Both the position numbers and the translations under genes were made by a program. The notes below the pieces were generated by a model. It was not told the origin of the DNA and searched no databases. It saw only the letters and a program-made list of their open reading frames with translations. A stretch of 64,000 bases of DNA from Monocercomonoides exilis PA203 (taxonomy: Eukaryota > Protista > Preaxostyla): the NCBI GenBank assembly GCA_001643675.2, contig LSRY02000010.1:1866039-1930038 (forward strand), given 5' to 3'. The stretch's first letter is position 1. Each line of letters begins with the position of its first letter. Shown one piece after another: positions 41,534 to 53,180 of the stretch.

Positions 41534-42229
41534 CCAAGATTTGTGATTTTTTCTGTTCTAAATTGAGTGTTTATATAACCCTATTTAAGAATTCTTCGAA
41601 AAAAGATTATTGCATATTTTTTGGGGGGAAAAACCTTTTGTCATACCACTCCATATGCAAATTGGAAGATTGTTTCCGGATCCTATTTGGATATTCTTTT
41701 CGCAAAACGAAGATTGATCCTTTCAATAATTCTTCAGATTTCCGGACTCTGAAAAGATAAAGGATGGAAATTTCAGAACAATATATAGAACAATACAAAT
41801 CACATACGCAACGTCTTTTGCGTTAAAGTTAAATTGTTGTATTTCAGTTGGCCATCCAATTTTCAAAAATAATCAGGAAGAATTTCAAAAACATTGCATC
41901 TCCATCATTGTCTGCTGTCTCAACAGGTAAAAAAATATTTCCGTTTCTGTAGAATATGTTTTCTCTCCAATTTATCAACTTTCAAATTGATATTCAGATT
42001 CAAAGCTAATTATTCGATCATGGAATCCATTACAAAAACTGAAAAAAGAAAAGCATTATTTATCTTCATAAGCCTTTGCTAGAATTTCAACAAAAAGAAA
42101 AGCAGTATGAATACATATATCGTATTGACTATTTTAAGTTTTTATTTAACATCTATTTCTTCTAATAAAACAAATGCGAATTCAATGTGAATGATGAAAA
42201 TGTGTTGTTAACTGGATACATTCATTTAA

Positions 42230-43190
42230 ATAAATGCAGGAGATGGACAACACAAAAAATTTTGCTCGTTTGCAAGAAACTTTATGAAAAATTTGCTTGT
42301 TAACTCCGTTTCTTTCTTTTCTTTGTTTTTATTGAAGAATTGTTTTCTGAGCTGGGGCTTTGCGATGAGGAAGATCAGAAACAGAAAATCATTGAAATGA
42401 ATAGACTGATGGAGGAGATGAATGAAAAACAATTTAAATTCTTTTTAACAATAGAACTGTTCAATGAGGTGGATATTATGATTGAAAAAAAGAAAATATC
42501 AACAGAAAATGCCATAACGTTTTTGAAGCATGCTGGATATTGCAAAACGTTAAAAAGCTTTTTTGACTTAGCATTTTGTCATTCCCCATTAAGCTTAAGA
42601 ATTCTCAGTATGATTGCTCAAGAGAAGATAAAAAAAAGAATAAACAAAGTCATTCTTGTCGATCTTTGCCAATGCTACCTTTTACTCAACAGCTGGATTC
42701 CGCCAGAAGCTCTTTCGATCTGTACGTCTTGCCTTTTAAACGATATCTTGGACAAAGAAAAAAATGAGGAAACACAAAAAGAAGTGGAAATTGCTTTGCT
42801 GGCAATGAATAACATTGATAGATTTGATGTATGTGCATTTTCGCTTTCGTTTTGGATATTATTGATATTTTTATCTCTTTTTTAATAAGAAAGCGTCAAA
42901 AGAATTGTATTCAAATATTATCAAAAAAATAATCAAATATCATCAGGAGCACAGAAATCTGAAGCGACTTGCATATCAACGTGCTTGGAAGTTTTTGATA
43001 AAAGAATTATTTCACAATAGAAATTTGGAAGAAATAATTGTGAATGATCTGCATCTTGGAAGAGAAGCAACGAGAGAATTGTTAGAAATGATGAAATGTG
43101 TTGATTGGAAGAGAGAGAAAGAAGAAGAAAGGGAAGAAGAGTTTGCTTGATCGAGATGGATCGAATCTTTGAATTTTTTCTTCGAAATGA
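42230..43190 (+). pseudogene. Degenerate member of a lineage-specific expanded helical protein family
   Basis: LFSELGLCDEEDQKQKIIEMN...EETQKEVEIALLAM, intron, then IIKYHQEHRNLKRLAYQRAW. Premature stop at 43150. Paralogous to 51690-53180. Confidence 0.7.
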
Positions 43191-44907
43191 AACAAAGCAA
43201 CAAAAGAAAGAAAGAAAGAAAGAATTAAATAAAAGTGAGGAAGAAAAGATGGAAAAACAGGATGAGAGGCGAATGAAATGAGGAAATGATGGAAATGAAA
43301 AGAATAATTTTCTTGGAAAAGGCGATTCTCATTGAATGGAACAAACGCTCCACACCAAAAGAAACCAACAGAACGAGAGAAGAGAGAAAATATCGAGCAG
43401 AATTCTATTTCTTGTGGAAGGAAGAAGGAGGAGGATTTATTGGAAAGGGAAGGGAAGCAATTGGGAAAAGACAGATGAAGATTTATTTGGAAAGAAAATG
43501 TTTGATTGAATGGTATTTTTGAGGAAGCAGCAGAAGGTGCAAACAAACAGGATAAAAGAATGAAGAAGAGGGATAAAAAGAGAAAACAAGTGAAACATGA
43601 AAAGGAGGGGGAAGAAGAACAAGGGTGATGACATGAGAACAAGGAATGAAAAGGAAGGGGAGGAAGAGGAAAGGTGGAATGGAATGAATAGAAGAAGTTA
43701 TTTCAGGAAGAAGATTGATGCTGGAGCAGCTGATACGATTTCGTCGAAAAGCGAAGAAGAGGAAGAGGAAAGAGGAATGAAGCAGAAAAAGGATCAGCAA
43801 TCAACAGGGATCTTTGTTTGCAACAAGGAGAGTGAAGTGAGGGGCAGAGGAAAGCTCTGTTGCAGCAGGAGCATCACTCAGAATCCATCTTGTCTTCACT
43901 TCCTTCCTCCACCTCATTTCAGCTGCTTTCTTGTTATTTTCTTTTTCTTTTTTCTGAAGAAACTGCTTTTGCAGCATCAAACTTGGGGGATTAGCTCCCT
44001 CTTTGATTTTTTTTTTTCAATAAACAAAGGAATTGTTTTGTTTTTCATATTTTTATTCTTGTTCATTGGCACACTTTCCTGTGCCTCAAACAAAGTGAGC
44101 TGCAAAACAAAGCATCCAAGTCTTTTCACTTTGATTGATGCAACAGTCAAATAATTGAAAAATGAAAAAAAGAATTAAAAAATAAGTTGAATACATCCAA
44201 TTCAGCAGAGGAAGGACTTTGCGGCTTTCCTGCGGATGCAAAGTGCTTTCTCCTGAACAAGGCAAAAGCAAATAGCGAAAATCAAAAAACAACGGAATAA
44301 ATGAACAAATGAACAAAAATATAAATTAAAATAAAAATATTAATATAAACAATGACAAAACGAACTTATAACTACAAAAATTAAAAAATAGTTGTAAAAG
44401 TCGAGTAAAACTACCCTTCAAAATACACAAATCAAAAATACAAGAAAACGTCTAATAATCTTTAGCCATCACAAATATCAAATATCAAAAGCCTTTCTCT
44501 CCTCATCCCAAGGCTTTTTTTGTAAATAGTGAATGTTTAGTGATGAATAGTGAATAGTTAATAGTGAACAGTGAGTGATGAATGATAAGGCCTGCAAATA
44601 GTGAGCATATACAATTAAAGCACATATATGCAAACGAATATGTATTTCCTTTCACCATCAGTAACAATATTGTGAATGGCTAATTATACAAAATGCAAAA
44701 TGCAAAATGAAAAACGAAAAATGAAAAACGAAAAATGAAAAAAATGCAAAATCAATTGCAAAAATGAAAATGTCAATAAAAATTTAAGAATATTACTCCT
44801 CTCCTCCTTTTTCCTTTTTTCCCTTTCTCCCTTTCTTCTTCCTCTCTTCCCCTCCTCTCCTCCTTCTCCACTTCTCATCTTTCTCCACTTCTCTGATGCC
44901 ATCTCTC

Positions 44908-47900
44908 TTACACATTGTTGCTCATCTCTTGTTCCTTGTCTTTACCAACATCATCCGAGTTGTACTTCGATCTTCTCTTCTTCACAACCACCATCACCAC
45001 AATCACTATCACAACCACTGCTATCACAAACACAATCGGAACCACAACCGCCACAGCAATCACTCCTGCGTTTGCCTTCCGTTCGTCTTTCTTCTCTGGT
45101 TCAGGCTCTGGCTCCTTCTTTTCCTTCAGATACTTCTCATACACATCCTCTGGCTCAGCATTCTCATCTGCTGCTCCGACAACCCACCCTGCTTTACCTT
45201 CATCGTAGCCCTTTGCAAACTCAAATGCATTATCCTGCTTGCTGAATGAGTCAAAATCTGGAGCCACAATGCACAACGACGCTCCTGATGTTCCTTTCCC
45301 GCTGTTTGTCCCGTCAATCTCCAGTTTGTTCTCTCCTGGAAGCTCAAGATTCCCACTCACATGCTTCATCTCAATATATATCGCTCCCGACTTCCCGTTT
45401 TCTGCCTTGCACTCCTTGAATGTGCATGCCTTTGTCCTTCCCATACTCACCTTCGAATTCTCCTCTCCCAGCGCTATCTCCACCCCTGCCGTCTTCCCAC
45501 TCTTCGACTTCACCCCTTCCATCCGAAGCCCTTCAACAACCACGATCGTCCCTTTTGTCTCTTCTGCCCCTTCATTCTTTTTGTTCTCTTTTCCTTCTCC
45601 TTTTATTCCATTTTTGATGCTCATCGCTGCTCCCTCTTCCACTTCCACCTTCTTCACTTCCACATCCTCAATCACAACTTTCTTTGCTCCTTCAACCAAA
45701 AATGGTATCACTTTGAACGAAACTGTTTTCTCATCATCAATACATTTAGCTCCTGTCATCTTCAGTGAGCCTGCACTCACTTTCACAAGATGGATTCCAA
45801 CAATATCTCCTGTTGCAGGTCGTACAAAGTCACAGTTCAAAATTGAAAGCGATGTTGATTCTGCATCAGCATGAATAAGCGCTAATCCAACTTCATTGGC
45901 TTTCAATTCACCTTCATCTTGTGTAATTGTTGTTGAGAAGTCAAAAATCAAATTCTTGAATGCTACCGTTTTCTCGCATGTAAATAAATCGTTTTCATCT
46001 GTTATTGCGCAGTCAATTTCAGCTTTCTCGTTTGCTCCTTTTGCCTCTGTAATTCCTTCAATTGTGATTCCCGATGCTTTATCAAGTGTTATTGCTTCAG
46101 GTTTCAGAGCTGCGGTTTCAGTTTCGGCTTTGATGACTTTAATATCAAATCCTTGATCGCTCGTTTCTGCAAGCAATTCATACGCTTCTTTCAAACTGCC
46201 AATCGGTGCTTCCTTCTTCACTCCTTCTCCTGCCCCTTCACTCTTCACAAATACCTCTGTCGGTTGATCAAAATATTTTATTGTAAAGTCAACATCTTTG
46301 TCATCACTATCTCCTTTCGCAGCAACAAACCATCGATTATTTTCAAGCGTGTAACCAGCAGCAAAACTGCTTTTCATCGCTTCTGCAATGTTTTTATGAA
46401 TGTTTTCTGGAACATCTAAATATAATCCCGTTTTCTTGATTGATTCAGCTGTTCCAACTGTGCACTCAGTGAATACCAAATTGCTTCCTGTTTCTGGCCA
46501 ACTCAATTTGGAAGCATCTCCAATTTCCGTCATCTTCAAATAGATTCCTCCCGATTTTCCATTTTCGCAGGTGCATGCAGTAAATGTTGTTGCACCTGTA
46601 TCTCCAATAGTGAATGAACTTTCAGCATTTTCGCTCTCAACGTACAATGCTCCACTTATTGCTGTTTCTGTACTGCTTGAAGCGCAATCTGTAAATGTGC
46701 ATTTGTCCAATGAAACCTCAATTTTATTTGTACTTGTGATTTTCATTACGGCACTTGTGGTTGAGGTAATCTTTTCCAATGTCAATGATGTCAATGAAAC
46801 TTTTGAAGCTGTTCCGTCAACCAAAAACGGTGTCACTGAAAATTTCACTTCGTTCTCCAAAGTGCATTCATCCTGATTCATTGTCAATGTTCCTGCACTC
46901 ACTTTCACAAGATGGATTCCAACTGTTTCTTCATCTGCGTTTGAAAGCATCCCAAATTTATCATTTGGTGTTGGCCGAACAAATCTGCAGTTCACAATGC
47001 TCAATTCTGCATCTGCACCTTCTGTAACTATCAATGCAAATGGTCCTGTCACTGCTGGGCCATCATTCTTCGCTTGTTCTCCTTCCAATGTCGATGGGAA
47101 GTTGAAGGCAAGGCTCCTGAACTCAACTCTCTTCTTGCAAGTGTATAGATCTTTTTTTGATTTTGCATCACAATCGATCTCCACTTCTGTCTCATTCACT
47201 TCGGCTTCTCCAATTGCTTCGTCAGTTTTTTGAACACCCACAATCGTAAGCAATGATAATTTTTCAAACGTAATATCTTCAGTTTTGTATGCTTTATCCG
47301 TTTTGATGATGTTGATCTTGAAGTTTTCTCCTCCAACACCCTCTCCAAACAATTTGTATGCTTCCATCAGACTTTTCTTTGGGTTGTCATAGCTCAATCC
47401 ATCTTTGCTATCATCGTCTCCTTCTGCACTCACATATACATTTGTAATCGGATCAAAATACACTTCTGTGAAATCAACTTCAGAGCTATCGTCGGTTCCT
47501 TTTGCAATAACAAAGCATTTATTTGCTTCTTTCTTGTATCCAGATGCAAAGCTTTTCTTCATCGCTGCTGCTATCTCTCTATGGAGTTCAGTTTTCACAT
47601 CCAAATATAATGCTGTGTTCTTTTCAGTATTAGAAGCTGGATCTGCTTCTCCCGCCGTGCACTCAGAAAATACCAAGTTGGTTCCTGTTGTTGGCCATTT
47701 CAATTTGGAACCATCGCCGATTTCCGTCATTTTCAAATAGATTCCGCCTGATTTCCCATTTTTGCAGGTGCATCTTTCAAATTTTGTTTCATCATTATCT
47801 CCAATCTCAAATGTGCTATCTGTTGCGCTGCTTTCAACATACAATGCTCCACATGTTTCTGTTGTTGTATCTTCCGATTTGCATTCTGTAAATGTGCAGC

Positions 47901-48711
47901 TGTCCAATTTCACCGAAATAGCTGTATCTGTTTTGCCAACAATTTTCACCACAGCGCTTGAGCTTGATGTAATATTGCTCAATTTCAACGATGTCAATGA
48001 AACACTCGTTACTGCTCCTTCAATCAAAAATGGTGTTGCTGAAAATTTCACTTCGCTCTCCGAAATGCACTCAACAGTATCTATCGTCAATGAACCAGCG
48101 CTCACTTTCACAAGATGAATTCCAATGTCTCCCGCTTCTGGTAGTACAAAGTCACAGTTAGAAATTGTTAATGATTCTGATCCTGATTCTGCTTCATTTT
48201 CTGGTCCTGACTCTTCCTCTTCTTCTTTTGTTCCTGCAACAGCATGAATCAGCGCGAATGTGTCTGAATTAGCTTTCGATTGGCTAGCGTCTTGTTCTGA
48301 TGTCGCTGTGATATCAAAAATCAAATATTTAAACGATACTTTATTTTTGCATGTAAATAAATCGCTTTCAGCTGTTACTGTACAGTCAATTTCAACTTTC
48401 TCATTTGCATCCGCCGAACTTCCAACTCCTTCAATCGTGATTCCAGACGTTTTTTTAAATGTTATTGCTTCAGCTTCAAGAGCGTTGTTTTCATCATTTG
48501 CTTTGATAACTTTTATTGTGAGCCCATCTTCATTTTCGTCAGCAAGCAAATTATACGCTTCTTGAAAACTTCCAACAGGTGAATCAAATGTGGTTCCATT
48601 TCCTTCAGATGCACCGTTCTTTATATACACAGTTGTCGCAGTATTCTCTGTACAACTTGCCTGCAACAAAACACAAAATGCAACAAATATCGCTGAAGTA
48701 ATTCCTGTCAT
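44908..48711 (-). CDS. Type I membrane surface protein with three tandem ~390-aa beta-helix-like modules
   Basis: Signal peptide MTGITSAIFVAFCVLLQASC. Three units begin VYIKNG..G....PVGSFQEAY, VYVSAEG...G....PKKSLMEAY and VFVKSEG..G....PIGSLKEAY, and each contains IHLVKVSAG and C.CENGKSG(G/A)IY-like motifs. TM helix followed by KKRR. Intronless and intact. Confidence 0.88.
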   Translation of the reverse strand: MTGITSAIFVAFCVLLQASCTENTATTVYIKNGASEGNGTTFDSPVGSFQEAYNLLADENEDGLTIKVIKANDENNALEAEAITFKKTSGITIEGVGSSADANEKVEIDCTVTAESDLFTCKNKVSFKYLIFDITATSEQDASQSKANSDTFALIHAVAGTKEEEEESGPENEAESGSESLTISNCDFVLPEAGDIGIHLVKVSAGSLTIDTVECISESEVKFSATPFLIEGAVTSVSLTSLKLSNITSSSSAVVKIVGKTDTAISVKLDSCTFTECKSEDTTTETCGALYVESSATDSTFEIGDNDETKFERCTCKNGKSGGIYLKMTEIGDGSKLKWPTTGTNLVFSECTAGEADPASNTEKNTALYLDVKTELHREIAAAMKKSFASGYKKEANKCFVIAKGTDDSSEVDFTEVYFDPITNVYVSAEGDDDSKDGLSYDNPKKSLMEAYKLFGEGVGGENFKINIIKTDKAYKTEDITFEKLSLLTIVGVQKTDEAIGEAEVNETEVEIDCDAKSKKDLYTCKKRVEFRSLAFNFPSTLEGEQAKNDGPAVTGPFALIVTEGADAELSIVNCRFVRPTPNDKFGMLSNADEETVGIHLVKVSAGTLTMNQDECTLENEVKFSVTPFLVDGTASKVSLTSLTLEKITSTTSAVMKITSTNKIEVSLDKCTFTDCASSSTETAISGALYVESENAESSFTIGDTGATTFTACTCENGKSGGIYLKMTEIGDASKLSWPETGSNLVFTECTVGTAESIKKTGLYLDVPENIHKNIAEAMKSSFAAGYTLENNRWFVAAKGDSDDKDVDFTIKYFDQPTEVFVKSEGAGEGVKKEAPIGSLKEAYELLAETSDQGFDIKVIKAETETAALKPEAITLDKASGITIEGITEAKGANEKAEIDCAITDENDLFTCEKTVAFKNLIFDFSTTITQDEGELKANEVGLALIHADAESTSLSILNCDFVRPATGDIVGIHLVKVSAGSLKMTGAKCIDDEKTVSFKVIPFLVEGAKKVVIEDVEVKKVEVEEGAAMSIKNGIKGEGKENKKNEGAEETKGTIVVVEGLRMEGVKSKSGKTAGVEIALGEENSKVSMGRTKACTFKECKAENGKSGAIYIEMKHVSGNLELPGENKLEIDGTNSGKGTSGASLCIVAPDFDSFSKQDNAFEFAKGYDEGKAGWVVGAADENAEPEDVYEKYLKEKKEPEPEPEKKDERKANAGVIAVAVVVPIVFVIAVVVIVIVVMVVVKKRRSKYNSDDVGKDKEQEMSNNV

Positions 48712-51689
48712 CAAAACCGATTTATCAGTCTTTTTAAAAATAATATGATCAATTTAAAAAACAACTTATTTTGAATGGTACACATTAAGGTTCAAAAATA
48801 ATGTGATCAATATGAACACAGTATCAGACTGCAAATACTCAAGGTTTACCAATGCAGTGGACGGAGGAGAACGGAAAAATTCGGAATAATTGTGTTCCAT
48901 AAAAAAGTATTGCAAGAAATGTTTTATCGGCTGGGGAACTGATGCTGCAAATGTGCAAGATTTTTTCGGGCAAGCGCGCAAACGGAGTGTATTTTATTGC
49001 CGATGGGTGGTGGGTGATTTTTTTGAGGCATGCAATGCTCAAGTGGGAACAGATGAAAAATTTATATTTTTGTGGTATCTTTTTTGATGGATTATTGTGT
49101 GGAATGTTTTGGAATGTCGCTGCTTGTCTGTCCCAGTGGAGCTTGAGGGATGTTTTGTTTCGTTCTCGGGAGCTTTCAGAAGGTGTGTTTTGAGTTGTTT
49201 GGGTTTGACATATTTTTTTTATTTGGATTATTTTGTTTTTCAGAGGACGTTATTGAAGTTTATTTTTTTGCTATTATGGCAATTTTTGAGAGTGACAAAG
49301 CCCGGAGCAGAAGACGGTTGGAAGTGGCTGGTGGAATGAAAGAGAAGTGATGGAATGGATTATTCTCAATTGTTTGTGGTGGTTCTATGGCTACTACTGA
49401 AAAAGTCGCTGACCGTTGGGAAAGATCCTTTAATAGTCCTGTTGCTGCAGGAACATTTTTTGCCGAGATGTTGAAAAAAATTATCTTGTTGGTGCTGGAT
49501 TTGAGACAGTTGTGTGAAGAAGATTGGCTTGAAAAAGCAGTTTGAAAGAAGAAGGAATCATAGTACGAACTTATTATTTTTTTGAATTATTGATTTTAAA
49601 ATTTTTCTTTATTTTAATCAGGATTAAGTCAAAAGAAGTGAAATAAAGGAGTTTGCAGAAACAATAAAAAGCCTTCAAGAACATCTGTATTTGGCACATC
49701 TTGTCTGATAATTTGCTGCAAGAGAATTGGAAGAGCAACCAATATGAGTGAAGTGGAAGGGGTAAACGCGGAATGAACATCATGATTATTTAATGCTTGC
49801 GGAATACTTGGAGCTTCTTTTTCCATTGGCACTTTTGATGAAGTTGAATTCAGGTAGTTTGCTGAATGAGTGGCTCGAGGGCTGTTGAATGTTGTGGAGC
49901 TGCTTGGGGAAGCCAGATTGCATCACTCGTTTTGCAGGAAGCCAACCGTTGTTGTGAAATGCCATTCGAATTGCGGCTTTTCGGGGTTGCAATCCTTTTC
50001 TAAGTTCCAACGAGATTGAAAGAATGCTTATTCTGTTTTGATGGCAGAACAAGTGGTAAGTTTTGGATTAAGAGAATTTTGTGTTTGAAGAAATTGAGCG
50101 CGATGAATGCACAGCAATTGTTTGAGATATTTGGAAGCATGACTTGTTGATTGAAAATGTGATGGTTTTTTGATTCTTATCTATTTTTTTCACTTCTCAT
50201 TCAATTAATAAGAATACAAGAAATGGAATACGTTTGAAAAAATATTATTTTTTCTGATTGAAATAATTGTATTATTATTGGTATGAAATATGAAAAATAT
50301 TTATTTTTAAATAAGCTCGTCTCCTCACCTCTTTGAATGATGCAGCCAATCTATTATCGTTTCTTCCCATCCAATTATTTTTATTAAACTGAAGTCAAAA
50401 GAACATCTGTGTAACACCAAAAGAAAAAGAAAAAAGAAAAAAAGCAAAGGAGAAAAGATGAAATCATCATTGCCGAAAAAATTAAAAGAATTTTTATTTT
50501 TCATGATTTCTTTCTATCTAATTCAAATAAAAAATGAATAAATAATTCATAAATTCGATAACACACCTCAATTTCATCAACCATTTCAATTGTAGTCTGT
50601 TCTGTCTTGTCGGACTTATTTCGGTATCGCTCGTACTGTTTCAAGGTTTGCTTCAAAATCCGCCCTGAAATCGGTAAATCAATGATTATCGTCAAAACGA
50701 TCTAAGGTGATGAATTTTCCAAAAAAACGAAACAAGTGTCTTCATAGAAAAATACTTGCCAAGCGGTTACACCATTGAACGATTGATATGTTGAAATGAA
50801 TTCAAAACTTCCTTTGAAATTAGATTCCGATAATGCAAAAATCTCCCTTTGCCTTCTCGAATTCTTTCATCTTCGCTCAACCACAAAGCTTTTTGGAATA
50901 TAATCTCTTTCAATGCTCAATTTACAATGCTGTTCATTGTTGCCTTGATAAGGTCTCTTATGCGTTATTATCATGCACCCAATCATCAAAAACTGCGAAT
51001 TGTTGAATACTTAATCCTCTTCGTCAATCTTCCTTCAGCCTGGATAACCCATTTAAGAAAGGAACTGATAACAAAATTATCCTTAAAGCTTATAACTTCA
51101 GTCAGCACATCATATTTGAAACATTCCCGGAAACAAGCAAACACTCTGAAATAACAGAAATAATCATTTCTGACAAGGAAAGCTTCCAGATAACTCTAAA
51201 TGTGAGGGAAATAAGTGTAATATTTATGTTTGAATTTTAATTTGCAATAATGTTAAAATGCACAGTTTAATGTGCAAATTGTTGCTTTTTTGTCACTTTT
51301 ATGTAAAGTTCAAAAAAGCACCAAATTTCCCCTTCTTTGTTCTACTCAAAATGTTGAAATAGAAAAAATTTGTTATTTAATGTCGACTATATGTAGGATA
51401 TTTTTCAATATGTTTAAAATTTCAATCGAAATTCAATCCAGATCCTTTGAATAAATTATTGTTGGTTCGATCAGACAGAAATAAAACTCTTTCGTATTTG
51501 GCTAAATACAACCAATTTTGCAGCTTCTTTGTGATTTATTTTTTAATACAGATTTTTTTACCAATCAAAGGAATTGAGTTTGGACTTTATCTTTGTTTTG
51601 TCAACAATCATCAATATTTGTTTTTCTGTTTGTTTTTCTGTTTTTCATTTGAAATTTTGCGGCAAATTGATCTTTGCTAAAAATAGACA

Positions 51690-53180
51690 GAATGGAAATG
51701 TGTGATGAAGACAAATCCAATGACAATGTTCAAGGCCCATCTCTTGCAGACAAGTTTTCAAGTTTGTTCATTTTACTATTTTTTGAGTGTTCAGCGCTTT
51801 CCATCAAAATAAATTTATTGAAGAATTGTTTTCTGTGCTGGAGCATTGCAATGAAGATGAACAGAGAAAGAAAATGAAGAAATGAACGGACTTGAAGAGG
51901 AAATGGACGAAGAAATGTTCGATTCTATTTTAGAAGAAAGATTATTCGACAAAACGGACAAAATGATTGAAGAAGAGAAACTTTCAATGGAAATGCAATT
52001 TTGATGCTGAAGTGTTTTGGATATCACGATGTGCAGAAAAGAATTTGGGACAGTTGTTTTCACATTTCTTCATTGAGCAAAAGGTTCAAAAAGACAATTG
52101 AGATGAAGTTGAGAAGAAAGAAGAAAAGGATGAAATCCTTTTGACTGATATTTGTGAATGCACTCTTTTGCTTGACTACATGTTTTTTTCAGAATTGATT
52201 TTGATTTGCTTGCCTTGTCTTCTGAAAGTTGCATTGAGGAAAGAGGAAGACGAGGAAACACAAAAAGAAGTGGAAATGGCTTTGCTCGCTTTGAGTTGCA
52301 TTTACTTACATTGCGTTTGAATATTTCAATTTTATTTTTGAAGTTATTGAATTATTTTTTCCTCCTTTTTTGCATAGAAAATGAAAAGAGAACTGTATCT
52401 GAACGAGGTCAAAGAAATTATCGAACATCATCAGGAACATCTCAATCTGACACAATTTTCTTATCAATCAGCTTGGATGTTTTTGAAAAACAGATTGAAG
52501 CATAATGAAAGCTTGAATGAAGTCATCATAAATGAGTTGCACTTTATAAAAGAAGCAATGAGAGAAATGGAATATCTGTCGAAGCGCGTGAGTGGGAAGA
52601 GAAAAGAATTGAATTGAGCGAAATGAATACAATAATGAGATGGTAAAGAACAGTGGATTTTCGTTTTTTCCTGCGAAATACAGAATAAAGGACTTGTTGA
52701 TCTTATTGGCATCATTGGAGAAGTTTTGCACTCGGCTAAGAGTTATCAGGGAAGAATAAGCAGTCCATGCATTGATTTATTAAAAACAATTGCTTGTCTC
52801 TATGCAAAAGTTGAAGACTTGCTGAAAAGTGGAGCAGTTGATGCTGTTTTAGAGAAGATTCAGTGGAATACTTTGCATGAATATGTAATGTACCAATGCT
52901 TGCCAATTTAGATGAATGTTGCAAGAAGGTTGAAAAAAGAGGAGTTTGACGAGTGAAATGAAGAGAGACATGAAGAGAAATATGAAGAGAGAGACGAAGC
53001 GAACAAAGATAAATTGGAAGAAGAAAAAAGAAAAGAGATGAAAATGAAAGTTCATGAAGAGATGGAAGAAGAAGGATACGAAGATGTTATCTCAGCCTTT
53101 CATGAAATATTTGATTCTCTCAACGAAAGTTTCCATGATGAATTATCGTTGGATATTTCAAAATATTTTGTGAATGTTTA
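51690..53180 (+). pseudogene. Second degenerate copy of the family at 42230-43190
   Basis: LFSVLEHCNEDEQR..., EETQKEVEMALLAL, IIEHHQEHLNLTQFSYQSAW and LLKSGAVDAVLEKI, with many frameshifts and stops. Confidence 0.7.

Noticed and set aside
48750-51200. Possible retroelement or transposon remnant
   Set aside because: No RT, RNase H, integrase or recombinase motif was recognisable by eye.
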